From an uncultured Nitrososphaerota archaeon (lineage in GTDB: Archaea; Thermoproteota; Nitrososphaeria; Nitrososphaerales; Gagatemarchaeaceae): a DNA stretch of 64,000 nucleotides. The translations under genes were made by a program, and so were the position numbers. Under the pieces are notes generated by a model, which saw nothing but the letters and a program-made list of their open reading frames with translations, was not told the origin of the DNA and made no database searches. The stretch covers positions 64,001 through 128,000 of the forward strand of contig OY969807.1 in assembly GCA_963703285.1 (NCBI GenBank), in the 5' to 3' direction. Of this stretch, positions 9,681-19,100 are shown one piece after another. Within the stretch, counting starts at the first letter, position 1; every line of letters begins with the position of its first letter.

Positions 9681-9710
9681 TTTCCTACCCCCGGGGGCCG
9701 CGGCATCCGC

Positions 9711-10172
9711 TCAGGATTCCGGATACATCACCATAGTCTCGGTCTGGGCGGCCGTCCCCGGGGCGAAGTCGACCTTCACCGTAAGGATGTACTCCTGTCC
9801 CGACGCGATGCCCGACACGGCGATGCTTCCCGTCCCCAGCTGCCCCGCCGGCAGCGGACTAGACGGGGTCACGAGGTTGCCGTTGAACTCCACGAACGAG
9901 GAGTTTGCGACTCCCGCTATCTGAGGCTGTACAGATACCACTGTTATCCCGGTGATCGGAGAGCAGGTGGTGTTGGTTACCGTCAGGGTCAGGTTGCTGC
10001 CCACCGACCCGGTCGGGAGAGAGATCTTCCCGAACATCGTGACCAAAGTGGTCGCGCTCCGTGAGCAGCTGGCGCTGGCCTGTTGCTGTGTGATGATGTA
10101 AGAAGTGAGGGCGAGGACCACCGCAAGAGAAGCGACGATGGCGACTATCAAGATGACCCGAGAGCGCTTCAT
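9711..10172 (-). CDS. Hypothetical membrane-anchored exported protein
   Basis: Basic N-terminus plus hydrophobic helix, then a Ser/Thr-rich beta-type domain. Confidence 0.65.
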   Translation of the reverse strand: MKRSRVILIVAIVASLAVVLALTSYIITQQQASASCSRSATTLVTMFGKISLPTGSVGSNLTLTVTNTTCSPITGITVVSVQPQIAGVANSSFVEFNGNLVTPSSPLPAGQLGTGSIAVSGIASGQEYILTVKVDFAPGTAAQTETMVMYPES

Positions 10173-10309
10173 GAACCGCCTTCCCCTTCCCGGAGCGGGT
10201 AATTATCTCTCAACCCGCCGCCCTGTCCTACCCGGCCCCGTTACGGGTCTGGGGAGGCCACCTCCTGTGACTACTTTATTTACCCCCCTCCTCTGCACCG
10301 TCGGAAGCT

Positions 10310-10666
10310 ATGGAGATTATCAGCCGCAAGGACTCGAAGCTCCTCGGGAGGAGCGAGGTCAGGGTCCTCTTCGCCGGCAAATCGGGGGCCATCGACAGGA
10401 AGGAGGCCGTTAAGGAGGTAGCCCAGGCCATGAACTCGGTTGAAGGCAAGGTCACCCTGGTGAAGCTCTCGCCCCAGTCGGGCTCGCGGAACCTGGTGGG
10501 GTTGTTTCAAGTCTACGACTCAGAGCAGGGGCGCAAGGACCTTTCGCACCGCTACCTTTCCGTCCGACTCCTGACGAAGGAGGAGAAGGATGCCCTGAAG
10601 GCCGCGAAGAAGAAGGCAGAGGCGGCCGCCGCTGCGGCCGCTCCGGCGCCAAAGAAGAAGAAGTGA
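10310..10666 (+). CDS. rps24e: 30S ribosomal protein S24e
   Basis: KDSKLLGRSEV...RKEA...QVYDS; lies before rps27ae; Ala/Lys-rich tail. Confidence 0.85.
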   Translation: MEIISRKDSKLLGRSEVRVLFAGKSGAIDRKEAVKEVAQAMNSVEGKVTLVKLSPQSGSRNLVGLFQVYDSEQGRKDLSHRYLSVRLLTKEEKDALKAAKKKAEAAAAAAAPAPKKKK

Positions 10667-10672
10667 TAGCAG

Positions 10673-10987
10673 ATGTCCAAAGAAGCGAAGGATGCCAAGG
10701 CCCCGGTCAAGGGCGCACCGGCCCCGGCTGCCGCACCCGCTCCTGCGCCTGCAGCGGCGCCACCGGTTGAAGGAGAGGGAGCGGCGCCCAAGGTAAAGAA
10801 GGAGCGCAAGGAGAAGAAGCCGAAGGCGAACGTGCAGGTCTGGAAGCTCTACAAGGTCGAGGACACCACGCTGACGAGGCTGAAGAAGGAGTGCCCGAGG
10901 TGCGGCAGGGGCTACTTCATGGCCGAGCACAAGGACAGGATGTCCTGCGGCAACTGCGGCTTCACGACATTCAAGACAAAGAGCTAG
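10673..10987 (+). CDS. rps27ae: 30S ribosomal protein S27ae with Ala/Pro-rich N-terminal extension
   Basis: YKVE...RLKKECPRCGRGYFMAEHKDRMSCGNCGFT. Confidence 0.95.
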   Translation: MSKEAKDAKAPVKGAPAPAAAPAPAPAAAPPVEGEGAAPKVKKERKEKKPKANVQVWKLYKVEDTTLTRLKKECPRCGRGYFMAEHKDRMSCGNCGFTTFKTKS

Positions 10988-10988
10988 C

Positions 10989-12614
10989 TCAGCCCGCGTG
11001 GCTTTCCAGCGAGCCCCTTATCGCCTTCAGGACCTGATACACCACGAGGGGTCTGAAGGGCGTAAGGTATTTTGACGCCATCGCCTTAGCCACGGTCTCG
11101 CTCCCGCCCGTCTCCCGGTATCCGTCCAGGAATGAGTTGGCCACGGACCTCATCGCTTCCTCCCTGATGGAGAGCTTCCCAGCATAGTAGAGGAACTCCG
11201 CGATGTCCCAAGCCTGGTCGCCGCCCTCTTCCGCCTGCTCGAGGTCCGTGAAGTAGAGGCTGTCGTCCTTGACCACGATGTTCTCGGCCTTCGCGTCGCC
11301 CAGCGCGAACCCGGCCCTGTGCATCTTCCCCATGTCCCTGCCGTAGCTCCTGACGTACGTGTTGTCATGGGAGCTCCCCCGAAGGATCTGCTCGACATAC
11401 TTCGAGAGCGGCCTCCCGTCGACGAACTCCTTCACCAGGACCCTGTCGTCGATGGCGGCGCCGAGAACCCTCTGCGTGCTCACCCCGGCGCTCCTCATCC
11501 TCAGCGTGGCGATGTACTCCCTGTGCATCCTCGCCTGCGGCGACAGGCTGAACTTCATCCTGGGAGCCCAGACGTTCAGGAGCGCCCACTTCATCGACCG
11601 GATGTCAGCGAAGTGCTTGAAGACGTAGCTCAGCTGCCTCTCGCCCTCTATAGTGACCAGCTTGGCGGTCGAGTAGACTTCACCGAGGTTCTTCGTCTTG
11701 TGGCTGTAGGTCGAGAGACCCGCCTGCTCTGCGAGAGCCTGGATCATGTCCGCCGTCTTGGCCACGACCAGTCCCTCCTCCAGCCTGAGCAGCTCCTTCG
11801 GTCGGAGGAGCTCCGCCGGCGGTTCGATCTTCTGCTGCATCCTCTTGACCTTCGATAGCGCCTCGTCCTTCACCACCGTGAAACCCACCCTCCCCGCGTA
11901 GCCGTGGACAGCGTACTGCCTGACTCCCCTCGCCGTCAGGTTGAAGAGGGCAAGGAGCTTCGCGAACGCCTTCCCCCTGAGCCTCTCGGCGGAGAGCCGC
12001 ACCTGGTCCCCCCGCATCTCCAAGAATCCCTGGGATGCGAGCAGCTTCGACGCCTCTCTGAATCCGTCCAGGCTGCTCGCCCTGTTCTGCGCGGCGGACG
12101 GGCACGTGTAGGTCTTGATGTAGCTGTAGAGGACCGGGGGGTAGATCGACGCCCTCTTGTGCAGTTTGTCGAAGAGGAAGTAGTCGAGCGGGATGAGCAG
12201 GTCCTGGGAGAACTCCCCGTTCCAAGACGAGAGCTCGAGGATGGCCTCGGCGATGACCCGCTTCTTGCTCTCCACCTCCGCTTCCCTGGTGAAGTCGGCG
12301 TTGAGGAGGGGTTCGTGGACGTTCAGCAACCTCCCCGACACGAACTCCCCCAGCGAGGCCTTCTTCGCGTCTGAGAGGAAGAGTTCGTCGCGCACGATGA
12401 GCGCCGAGGCCTTGACGGGCGAGTCGACGTACCTGTACCTCACGCGGCCCCTGAAGCCCTTCGACGTCACTATGATGTCGTAGTCCGAGTCCGGCCTTGA
12501 GTAGCCCGCCACCTTGGAACCGTAGGCTGTCACCGACGTGACCTCGTCCTGGACCAGACTGCGGGCGAGACCGAGGAGCTTCTCCTTCTCGTCTTCGGTC
12601 AGAGCCTGGCTCAA
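10989..12614 (-). CDS. Pol-beta-type nucleotidyltransferase fused to a Bud32/Kdo-like kinase domain
   Basis: N-terminal YGSKVAGYSRPDSDYDII; C-terminal VFK...KEFVDG...MHRAGFALGDAKAENI...FTDLEQA...WDIAEFL. Confidence 0.75.
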   Translation of the reverse strand: MSQALTEDEKEKLLGLARSLVQDEVTSVTAYGSKVAGYSRPDSDYDIIVTSKGFRGRVRYRYVDSPVKASALIVRDELFLSDAKKASLGEFVSGRLLNVHEPLLNADFTREAEVESKKRVIAEAILELSSWNGEFSQDLLIPLDYFLFDKLHKRASIYPPVLYSYIKTYTCPSAAQNRASSLDGFREASKLLASQGFLEMRGDQVRLSAERLRGKAFAKLLALFNLTARGVRQYAVHGYAGRVGFTVVKDEALSKVKRMQQKIEPPAELLRPKELLRLEEGLVVAKTADMIQALAEQAGLSTYSHKTKNLGEVYSTAKLVTIEGERQLSYVFKHFADIRSMKWALLNVWAPRMKFSLSPQARMHREYIATLRMRSAGVSTQRVLGAAIDDRVLVKEFVDGRPLSKYVEQILRGSSHDNTYVRSYGRDMGKMHRAGFALGDAKAENIVVKDDSLYFTDLEQAEEGGDQAWDIAEFLYYAGKLSIREEAMRSVANSFLDGYRETGGSETVAKAMASKYLTPFRPLVVYQVLKAIRGSLESHAG

Positions 12615-13300
12615 GAAGCGACCTTCACTTCCAGCTCTCTGATCTTGGCGAGGACCATGGGGTCGAACGCCGTGTTCGCAATCACTTCGGCGCCGATGCT
12701 CACGACGTTCTCTTCGGGTGAGACCCTCTTCGTGGGAAGGCCCTTCTCAATCCAGTTCTTCGCGACCTTCTCGTTGAGCTTTTCGTCGGAGAGACCCACC
12801 ACGAACTTTTTCTTGACCAGAGCGGCAAGCTTCTTGTCGCCCGTAAAAATCCTGGCCGGGTCGACCAGCCTCTCCTCGTCTGCATACGCGGACTCGAACA
12901 GCGTCCCGACCCTCTCGTCGCTCGTGACCTGCATCCTGCTGAACCTCCTGACGAGGTCGATGTAATGCGTGAACTCGTGGGCCGCGACCGCCTCGATGGT
13001 GCCCTTCAACCCGAAGGCTACGAGAGGCGCGGTGAACTGCACGATGATGGAGAGCCTGCCTTCGAACTTCGCTGGGATTACCCTAGCGTAGAGCGCCCCC
13101 ACGGTCCCGAACTCCAACGAGCTCGTTGCCAGTGGCATGGACGGTTCGATGTAGTACGGCGGATAAGTCAGCCCCGACGCCTTCTGGACCCTCTCGACGG
13201 AGGCAGTCAGGTACTTCGACCTCTCCCTGACCTTGCTTGCCATGGAGGCTTTCAGGTGACCCTGTGAGACCGACTGGTCGAGCAAGACGAAGGGGTCCAA
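12611..13300 (-). CDS. Conserved hypothetical protein with HEXXH (zincin-like) motif
   Basis: AVAAHEFTHYID; overlaps the NTase-kinase gene by 4 nt. Confidence 0.65.
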   Translation of the reverse strand: MDPFVLLDQSVSQGHLKASMASKVRERSKYLTASVERVQKASGLTYPPYYIEPSMPLATSSLEFGTVGALYARVIPAKFEGRLSIIVQFTAPLVAFGLKGTIEAVAAHEFTHYIDLVRRFSRMQVTSDERVGTLFESAYADEERLVDPARIFTGDKKLAALVKKKFVVGLSDEKLNEKVAKNWIEKGLPTKRVSPEENVVSIGAEVIANTAFDPMVLAKIRELEVKVAS

Positions 13301-13337
13301 GTGATTCGGCCTGCGGGTGCCTTGCTATAATAGAGTA

Positions 13338-13808
13338 TCAGGTTGGGGGCTCGTTGGCAATCCTGAACTTCACGACGGGCCTGATCTTCTCCACCTGTAT
13401 GAAGGTCTCAGCCTGATTAACGCCGGGGACCTTGCCGAGGCTTTCGGCCACGATCTTGTAGATGTCCTCTATGGTCTTCGCTCTCAGCGTTATGAACGCG
13501 TCGAACCTGCCGGTCACCTCCTGTATCGTCCTCACCTCGTCGAGCTTCGCTATCTCGCTGAGCGCCTGGTCGCGCTGCTTCGGGTCGAGGTTCAGACCCA
13601 CCATCGCCGAAGCGGGGAGGCCGAGTTTGTCCTCGTCTACGATTATCGTGAACTGCTTGATTATCTGGCGCTTCGAGAGCCGCTTTATTCTGCTGTACGT
13701 CACGGAGAGATTCAGCCCGAGGTCCTTGCTGAGCGAGGGTATCGAGACCGACGCGTCCTGGTAAAGAGAGCCCAGTATTTTCATGTCCACTTCGTCAAGT
13801 TTTCCCAT
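13338..13808 (-). CDS. Lrp/AsnC family transcriptional regulator
   Basis: LDEVDMKILGSLYQDAS...RIKRL...IIKQFTIIVD...EVTGRFD. Confidence 0.92.
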   Translation of the reverse strand: MGKLDEVDMKILGSLYQDASVSIPSLSKDLGLNLSVTYSRIKRLSKRQIIKQFTIIVDEDKLGLPASAMVGLNLDPKQRDQALSEIAKLDEVRTIQEVTGRFDAFITLRAKTIEDIYKIVAESLGKVPGVNQAETFIQVEKIRPVVKFRIANEPPT

Positions 13809-13979
13809 TTGGAGCCACTTTAGTTGCAATTAATTCATGTCATGTATATACGTCTTTTGCTATTGCACGAGAATGTTAGTCATTTTCCGAACTTATTTCC
13901 AAGTGCGCGCTAAAATGCCCAGTTGCGCCGACCTTCGTGGGCAAGAAAACTAATCAATCTCGAATTCGAGGCGCGTCAC

Positions 13980-14552
13980 GTGCAGCGCAAGAGCAGATAC
14001 AATTCCAAAATTGGCAAGCTTGTCTTCTTCGCTCCCGCTGCCATAATCATAATACTCGTTGTCTATGCTTTCGTCCAGCTGAATTCACCGGGCACGTTGG
14101 TCGTGCGGGCTGAAGACCAGAATTTCAAACTGCTCAACGTCCCCTTCACAATCAACGGGAACTCCTACACCACGCCGAAGAACGTGTCGTTGTCGCAGGG
14201 GTCCTACGTTGTGGACTTTGGCGTCATAACTTGGTACTACGCGCCGGCTTCAAGGGACGTAACGGTCACACCCGGCCACACCGTGTATGCCGTCGGATCC
14301 TACACGCCGGCCACGAAGTTCGTACAGGTCACCGGCAGTGGGTTCAACGTCACTTCGGTCTCCGCGCTCCACGGTGTCACACCCGTCGAGTGGATCAACC
14401 CTTCCGACTCTGTGGTGACGTTCAGCGGAGGCCCGTTCCAGCAGGTCAGGTTAGAGCCCGACCAGTCCTACACCTATACGTTCCCTACGGCGGGGACCTT
14501 CATCGTCAATGTCGGAACCACCAACGAGACCCTTACGATCAACGTCCAGTAA
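13980..14552 (+). CDS. Membrane-anchored protein with a cupredoxin-like C-terminal domain lacking Cu ligands
   Basis: TM helix FFAPAAIIIILVVYAF; C-terminal VEWINPS...LEPDQSYTYTFPTAGTF pattern without His/Cys/Met. Confidence 0.55.
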   Translation: MQRKSRYNSKIGKLVFFAPAAIIIILVVYAFVQLNSPGTLVVRAEDQNFKLLNVPFTINGNSYTTPKNVSLSQGSYVVDFGVITWYYAPASRDVTVTPGHTVYAVGSYTPATKFVQVTGSGFNVTSVSALHGVTPVEWINPSDSVVTFSGGPFQQVRLEPDQSYTYTFPTAGTFIVNVGTTNETLTINVQ

Positions 14553-14743
14553 CCGCACGTCCTATCCCATGGCCATGCATTCTGGAATCGTCTGGACTGG
14601 ATTCGGCCCGCGGGTGTGCGTCGATTCAAAGCTCGGCTTGGCGCCCTCTCGACCCTTCGAGGCGAGGAATGGAATATTAGTGAGATTTGTGCCACGATTA
14701 TTTTTTAGAGCCCTAAAACGGTTCTCTTGCCCCTAGAATCGCC

Positions 14744-14779
14744 CGAATTGTAGACAATTCGTCCACTCTCCTTATATAC
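14744..14779 (+). promoter_or_regulatory. S-layer operon promoter: perfect inverted repeat plus TATA box
   Basis: CGAATTGT-AG-ACAATTCG (14744-14761), then CTTATATAC (14771-14779) about 25 nt before ATG 14799. Confidence 0.65.
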
Positions 14780-14798
14780 TGATTTCAAGCGACCTGCC

Positions 14799-17700
14799 AT
14801 GAAAATAATGAATACATCTTCGATGTATTTCAACAAATTCAGTTCGGGAACTATACTAGCATTGCTAGCACTGTCAGGAATGCTGTTGCTGGTACCAGCA
14901 GTGGTACCGGCACATGCAGCAGGAAACGCAAGTCTTCCATCCCTCACCGCTGCGCCAAACACATTGCTTAGCGCGAACACCCCAGTCACCTTCACAACGA
15001 CTAACCCCTCGTCAAACGCATACGCACTAACCAGCATGACGATCATCGCACCAAGCGGTTGGTCGTTTGTCCTTGCCACCTTCTCTTGTCCAACAGGACT
15101 AACGTTACTCGGGGCCTCGTCGACCTCAGCGTTCCAATGCACGGGAACTCTGCCTCCTGGCTTCAGTGCCACCGCAACAGGCACAGTAACGCCAGTCACC
15201 GCAAACACAGGTCCGGCAGCCACGGGCACATTCTCGTCTGCCGTTGTTGACGCGTCTTCAAGCGCATCGTACAACGGTCCGACGGTCGTCTTGTACTCGA
15301 TAGCAGCTGGAACCACCGTCTCTTGTGTAACCCCAATCGGCGCAGGCACCTGTGCAGCCCCAGGAGGAACGAACTTCATCGCAGGTAGCGCTCCGATAAC
15401 CGTTACGGCGACCCTGAGCACCAACCAGGCAGGCGTGCCCATCGTCTTCTCCGTGACGACGGCTCCATCGGCAGGCTTCACCGCGACTGTCTCACCGACA
15501 TCTTCAACGACAACAGCTGGTGCAACACAAAGCAGCGCAACGACATCCTTCACTCCAAGCAACCACTTCCCTGACACGACGACCATAACCGCAACCATCG
15601 GCACCTCAGGCACACACGGCGCATCTGGTGTCATCTCGACCGTTGCCGGAAGTCCGTCAACTGTCGGATGGACCTACGCAGGCCCCACATCGTTCAACGC
15701 TGGAAAGACATTCTACCTCAGCACCGGATACTTCGGCCTTCCCACATACGCAGGAGCCACGAGGATGGCTGAATTCCCATTCGGAGCGCTAAGTGGCCCG
15801 TTCACGGTCTCGGTGTCTGATTCCTTTGGCAACGCCATCGCCTACAACAACGCCAATCTCGCCGGCGTGGCCATCACCGTCGCCGCTTCTGGCGGCTCAG
15901 GCTTCGATAACGGTGGAACCGCGCTGCTCAGCACGATATCTTGTGCAACAGTCGGCATCAACAACTGCAACGCAGCCGGCGGCGGACAGATCGACCTCAA
16001 CTACTTCCAGGGCTATACCTATGGATTCGTTGGGGCCCTGAGCGCGCTGATAACCGGCACCTACTTCGGTACCGCGTTCTCAGTTAGCTCGACCAGCGGG
16101 AACATCATCACCGGAACCGACACGACATACACGATAGCGGCAGCCTCTCTCGCCCCAGGTGCAGGAACTACCGACAAGATCACCGTCACACCAGTAGGTG
16201 GCCTTACTCAGCCGGGAGTCCCAGTGACCTTCAACCTCTGCGGATTCCAGGTAGGAGCCACCGTATGTCCGGGCGTAACGACCGGATACACGGGAAGCTT
16301 CGTCGGTGGAGGCCAGACCGGCTTCGGAGCGACGACAGGCGGCGCAACCGGAACAGCGACGGCGACCTACACAGTCGATACGGCGCTGAACAGCAAGGGT
16401 GAATGGAACGCAACATACGCAGCACCAACTACAGCAGCTCCAAAGACGGTCGCTAGCGCGGGCCTAACCGGCGTCGCGATTACAGGACCGGGCGCGGCAG
16501 CCTCCTTCACGTCTCTAGTCTACTTCGACCAAGGAGTCACGGCGCTCAGTAGCACGCCCTCCATCGTTCCAGGCGGAATCATGTACGTCAACGTGCAACT
16601 CGTGGACGAATTCGGCAACCCCACGACGAACACGGGCGTAACCCAGATTCAGGTCCAGCTGTCCGTAACCGCACCCTCGACGATCGCGGTCCAGTCGGCC
16701 TACATCCCATTCGGCGGCTCCAACACGGTCGCAACCTTCGGGTACATCCAATGGACGGTTCCATCCACGGTCGCAGTCGGCTCGGTGCTGACCCTGACCA
16801 TGAACGGAGTAGTCAATGGGATCCAACTCTCACCAGCTCCATCGTACACAGTGAAGGTCGTCTCACCACTACCGACCCTGAACGTCCTGGCACCGACTCC
16901 ATCCTCGAGCGGATACATCTACTCATCCACGACAGGGGTAACCTTCAAGGGATGGGCTAACGTCTCCGCAGGTTACTCCCCGCTGACGACACACATAGCA
17001 ACCGTAGGCTACAAGGTCGGCACGACACCGTGGGTACAGACGGCAGGCTCGGGTACCGCGACTGACAACTACATCCTCTCCCTCTTCATGCCAGTCGGCC
17101 TGAGCACCCTCCAGATCAACGCAACAGACAACACACACGCAAAGAACACGGCTGTAAGCCAAGTCTACAACGTACTTGTGGACACGCAGCCCCCGACGTT
17201 CACCTTCAGCACAGCTTCTTCCAACAACGGATGCGTCACTGTGACAGCGGCGACCGCTGAGGGCGACTTCAACGAAGCCCTTACCGGCACAGGTGCATTC
17301 AGCGCCTCGTTCGGCGGAGTAGCAGTCTCAAGCGGAGCCATAACATGGGCCGGAACGCAGACGCCCGGAACAGCCGGGAGCGTCGCCGCGACCATCTGTG
17401 GCCTCGTCTCTCAGACGGCAACATTCTCCGTGACGGGCAGCACCCTGGCTGGATTGAGCTCGACAAACAGTGAGTCACTCACAGTCACTGTTCCGTTCGC
17501 AGACTCGGTCACCTTCAACACAGCGACAGCAACCTACGGAACTGTTGGCGCCTACTCGGGTGTCACAGTCACCGTGACCAACGGTTGGAACACAGCTCAG
17601 ACCCTAGTCATCTACGCGACCTTCAAGTCCGGAACCAGCATCTACGTGGCAGACGGTACGGTAACCCTCGCCGCCGGTGCATCCGCGCCAGTGTTCTGCA

Positions 17701-17810
17701 TTGACGTGATCCCCATCCCGGCAGGTTCGTACACTGTCACATTCGCGGCCGTGACCACCTCCAACCAGGCGGTCTCCGCACCAACAACTGGCATCACCCT
17801 GGTAACTTAG
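14799..17810 (+). CDS. Major S-layer protein candidate (SlaA-like)
   Basis: 1003 aa, signal peptide ending AHA, Thr/Ser/Gly/Ala-rich, very few charged residues, several NxS/T sequons, Ig-like C-terminus, no C-terminal TM. Confidence 0.7.
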   Translation: MKIMNTSSMYFNKFSSGTILALLALSGMLLLVPAVVPAHAAGNASLPSLTAAPNTLLSANTPVTFTTTNPSSNAYALTSMTIIAPSGWSFVLATFSCPTGLTLLGASSTSAFQCTGTLPPGFSATATGTVTPVTANTGPAATGTFSSAVVDASSSASYNGPTVVLYSIAAGTTVSCVTPIGAGTCAAPGGTNFIAGSAPITVTATLSTNQAGVPIVFSVTTAPSAGFTATVSPTSSTTTAGATQSSATTSFTPSNHFPDTTTITATIGTSGTHGASGVISTVAGSPSTVGWTYAGPTSFNAGKTFYLSTGYFGLPTYAGATRMAEFPFGALSGPFTVSVSDSFGNAIAYNNANLAGVAITVAASGGSGFDNGGTALLSTISCATVGINNCNAAGGGQIDLNYFQGYTYGFVGALSALITGTYFGTAFSVSSTSGNIITGTDTTYTIAAASLAPGAGTTDKITVTPVGGLTQPGVPVTFNLCGFQVGATVCPGVTTGYTGSFVGGGQTGFGATTGGATGTATATYTVDTALNSKGEWNATYAAPTTAAPKTVASAGLTGVAITGPGAAASFTSLVYFDQGVTALSSTPSIVPGGIMYVNVQLVDEFGNPTTNTGVTQIQVQLSVTAPSTIAVQSAYIPFGGSNTVATFGYIQWTVPSTVAVGSVLTLTMNGVVNGIQLSPAPSYTVKVVSPLPTLNVLAPTPSSSGYIYSSTTGVTFKGWANVSAGYSPLTTHIATVGYKVGTTPWVQTAGSGTATDNYILSLFMPVGLSTLQINATDNTHAKNTAVSQVYNVLVDTQPPTFTFSTASSNNGCVTVTAATAEGDFNEALTGTGAFSASFGGVAVSSGAITWAGTQTPGTAGSVAATICGLVSQTATFSVTGSTLAGLSSTNSESLTVTVPFADSVTFNTATATYGTVGAYSGVTVTVTNGWNTAQTLVIYATFKSGTSIYVADGTVTLAAGASAPVFCIDVIPIPAGSYTVTFAAVTTSNQAVSAPTTGITLVT

Positions 17811-17818
17811 GTGAGAGC

Positions 17819-19006
17819 ATGAAACTCCAACTCCTCGCAATCCCGCTGCTCTTGGCACTGGTGCTGTCACCCTTGGCGGCAGCCGCGGCGACCGGCTCGA
17901 TATCTTTCACGAGTCCGACCGCCGGGTCGTCGTTCACCGGTACAGCATCCTACACGATCAGCGGAACAATCACTCCGACCCCAACACTCCCTGACAACGT
18001 CTTCATCTCGGTCACGAATCCGGCCGGAGCCGTCGTAGACGCGCAGCAAGTGTCCGCGGCCGCAGGTGGAACTTTCTCCTACCCCACAAACGTAGGAGCA
18101 AGCTCCGCGTGGTCCAGCGGAACGTACACGATCACGGCCACCGACTCTAACGGCGCGACAGGGACGACGACGTTCAAGTACACCGCATCAGTCTCAACCA
18201 CAACAGGAGCCGTAACGGTCTTCGGACCCAGCGTGCTAACGACAGGTCAGACAGCGGACATAGTCATCTGGTCCTCGGCGCCCGGGACGGTAACGGCCTG
18301 GGTACTGCCGGCAGGTGCAACGTCCACTACTCCCCTGACGACGGCACGGGTCAGCCTCGGAGCCGGATACTACGTCTACACGGGTAGCTATGCGGTCGCA
18401 GCGACAGCTGCTACCGGACCCTACCTCGTGGGCGCATCTATCTCCAACTCGACCTCAGGGTTCACCGGAAGTGGCATTAGCTCGTTCACAGTGAACGGCG
18501 GACTCGCCACCTCGGCGGCTCAAGCCCAGATCCTCACCAACATCGGGACACTCACCACCAACCTCGCCACACTTCAGACCGCAGTCACTACGGGCTTTGC
18601 AGGGCTGACGACAAACATCGCCAACATCGGCAAGAACCTGACCGCGGACACTGCTACAATCACCAGCACACTCGGCACGATCTCCAGCTCTCTCACCGGC
18701 ATAGCATCAGCTGCGACAGCGGCGCAAACTGCGGCCCAGGCAGCCCAAACGGCTGTCACGAGCCTGCAGAACACCGTGAACACCCTCTCCACTACAGTCA
18801 ACGGCATCACTGGCACCCTCACTGCCATCCAGTCGTCTCTGAGCACCATCAGTTCAACTGTTAGCGGCCTATCGGGTCTCACGACCTCCGTTAACAACAT
18901 GAACTCGACGGTCTCGAACGACCAGACCTACATTCTGGTCGTAGCGGCTCTGGTAGTCATAACCCTAGTCCTCGAACTCGCCATATTGATCAGAAAGATG
19001 TCCTAA
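17819..19006 (+). CDS. S-layer membrane anchor candidate (SlaB-like)
   Basis: Signal peptide, Ig-like domains, long heptad-patterned Thr/Ser coiled coil, C-terminal TM YILVVAALVVITLVLELAILIRK; 8 nt after the SlaA-like gene. Confidence 0.72.
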   Translation: MKLQLLAIPLLLALVLSPLAAAAATGSISFTSPTAGSSFTGTASYTISGTITPTPTLPDNVFISVTNPAGAVVDAQQVSAAAGGTFSYPTNVGASSAWSSGTYTITATDSNGATGTTTFKYTASVSTTTGAVTVFGPSVLTTGQTADIVIWSSAPGTVTAWVLPAGATSTTPLTTARVSLGAGYYVYTGSYAVAATAATGPYLVGASISNSTSGFTGSGISSFTVNGGLATSAAQAQILTNIGTLTTNLATLQTAVTTGFAGLTTNIANIGKNLTADTATITSTLGTISSSLTGIASAATAAQTAAQAAQTAVTSLQNTVNTLSTTVNGITGTLTAIQSSLSTISSTVSGLSGLTTSVNNMNSTVSNDQTYILVVAALVVITLVLELAILIRKMS

Positions 19007-19014
19007 ACGGGCAC

Positions 19015-19036
19015 CTTTCTCTTCCTCTTTTTATTA
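19015..19036 (+). terminator. Pyrimidine/T-rich archaeal terminator candidate
   Basis: CTTTCTCTTCCTCTTTTTTATT directly after the slaB-like stop. Confidence 0.5.
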
Positions 19037-19100
19037 GAAGACTCCTAGCGTAAGCTCCGCCGTTCTCTGGCGCTTAAATAAGCCCCCGCCGTCCTCTGTC

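Noticed and set aside
13810-13890. Lrp autoregulatory boxes (TTGCAATTAATTCAT; AATGTTAGTCATT)
   Set aside because: Only weak semi-palindromes in AT-rich promoter DNA; cannot be distinguished from background by eye.
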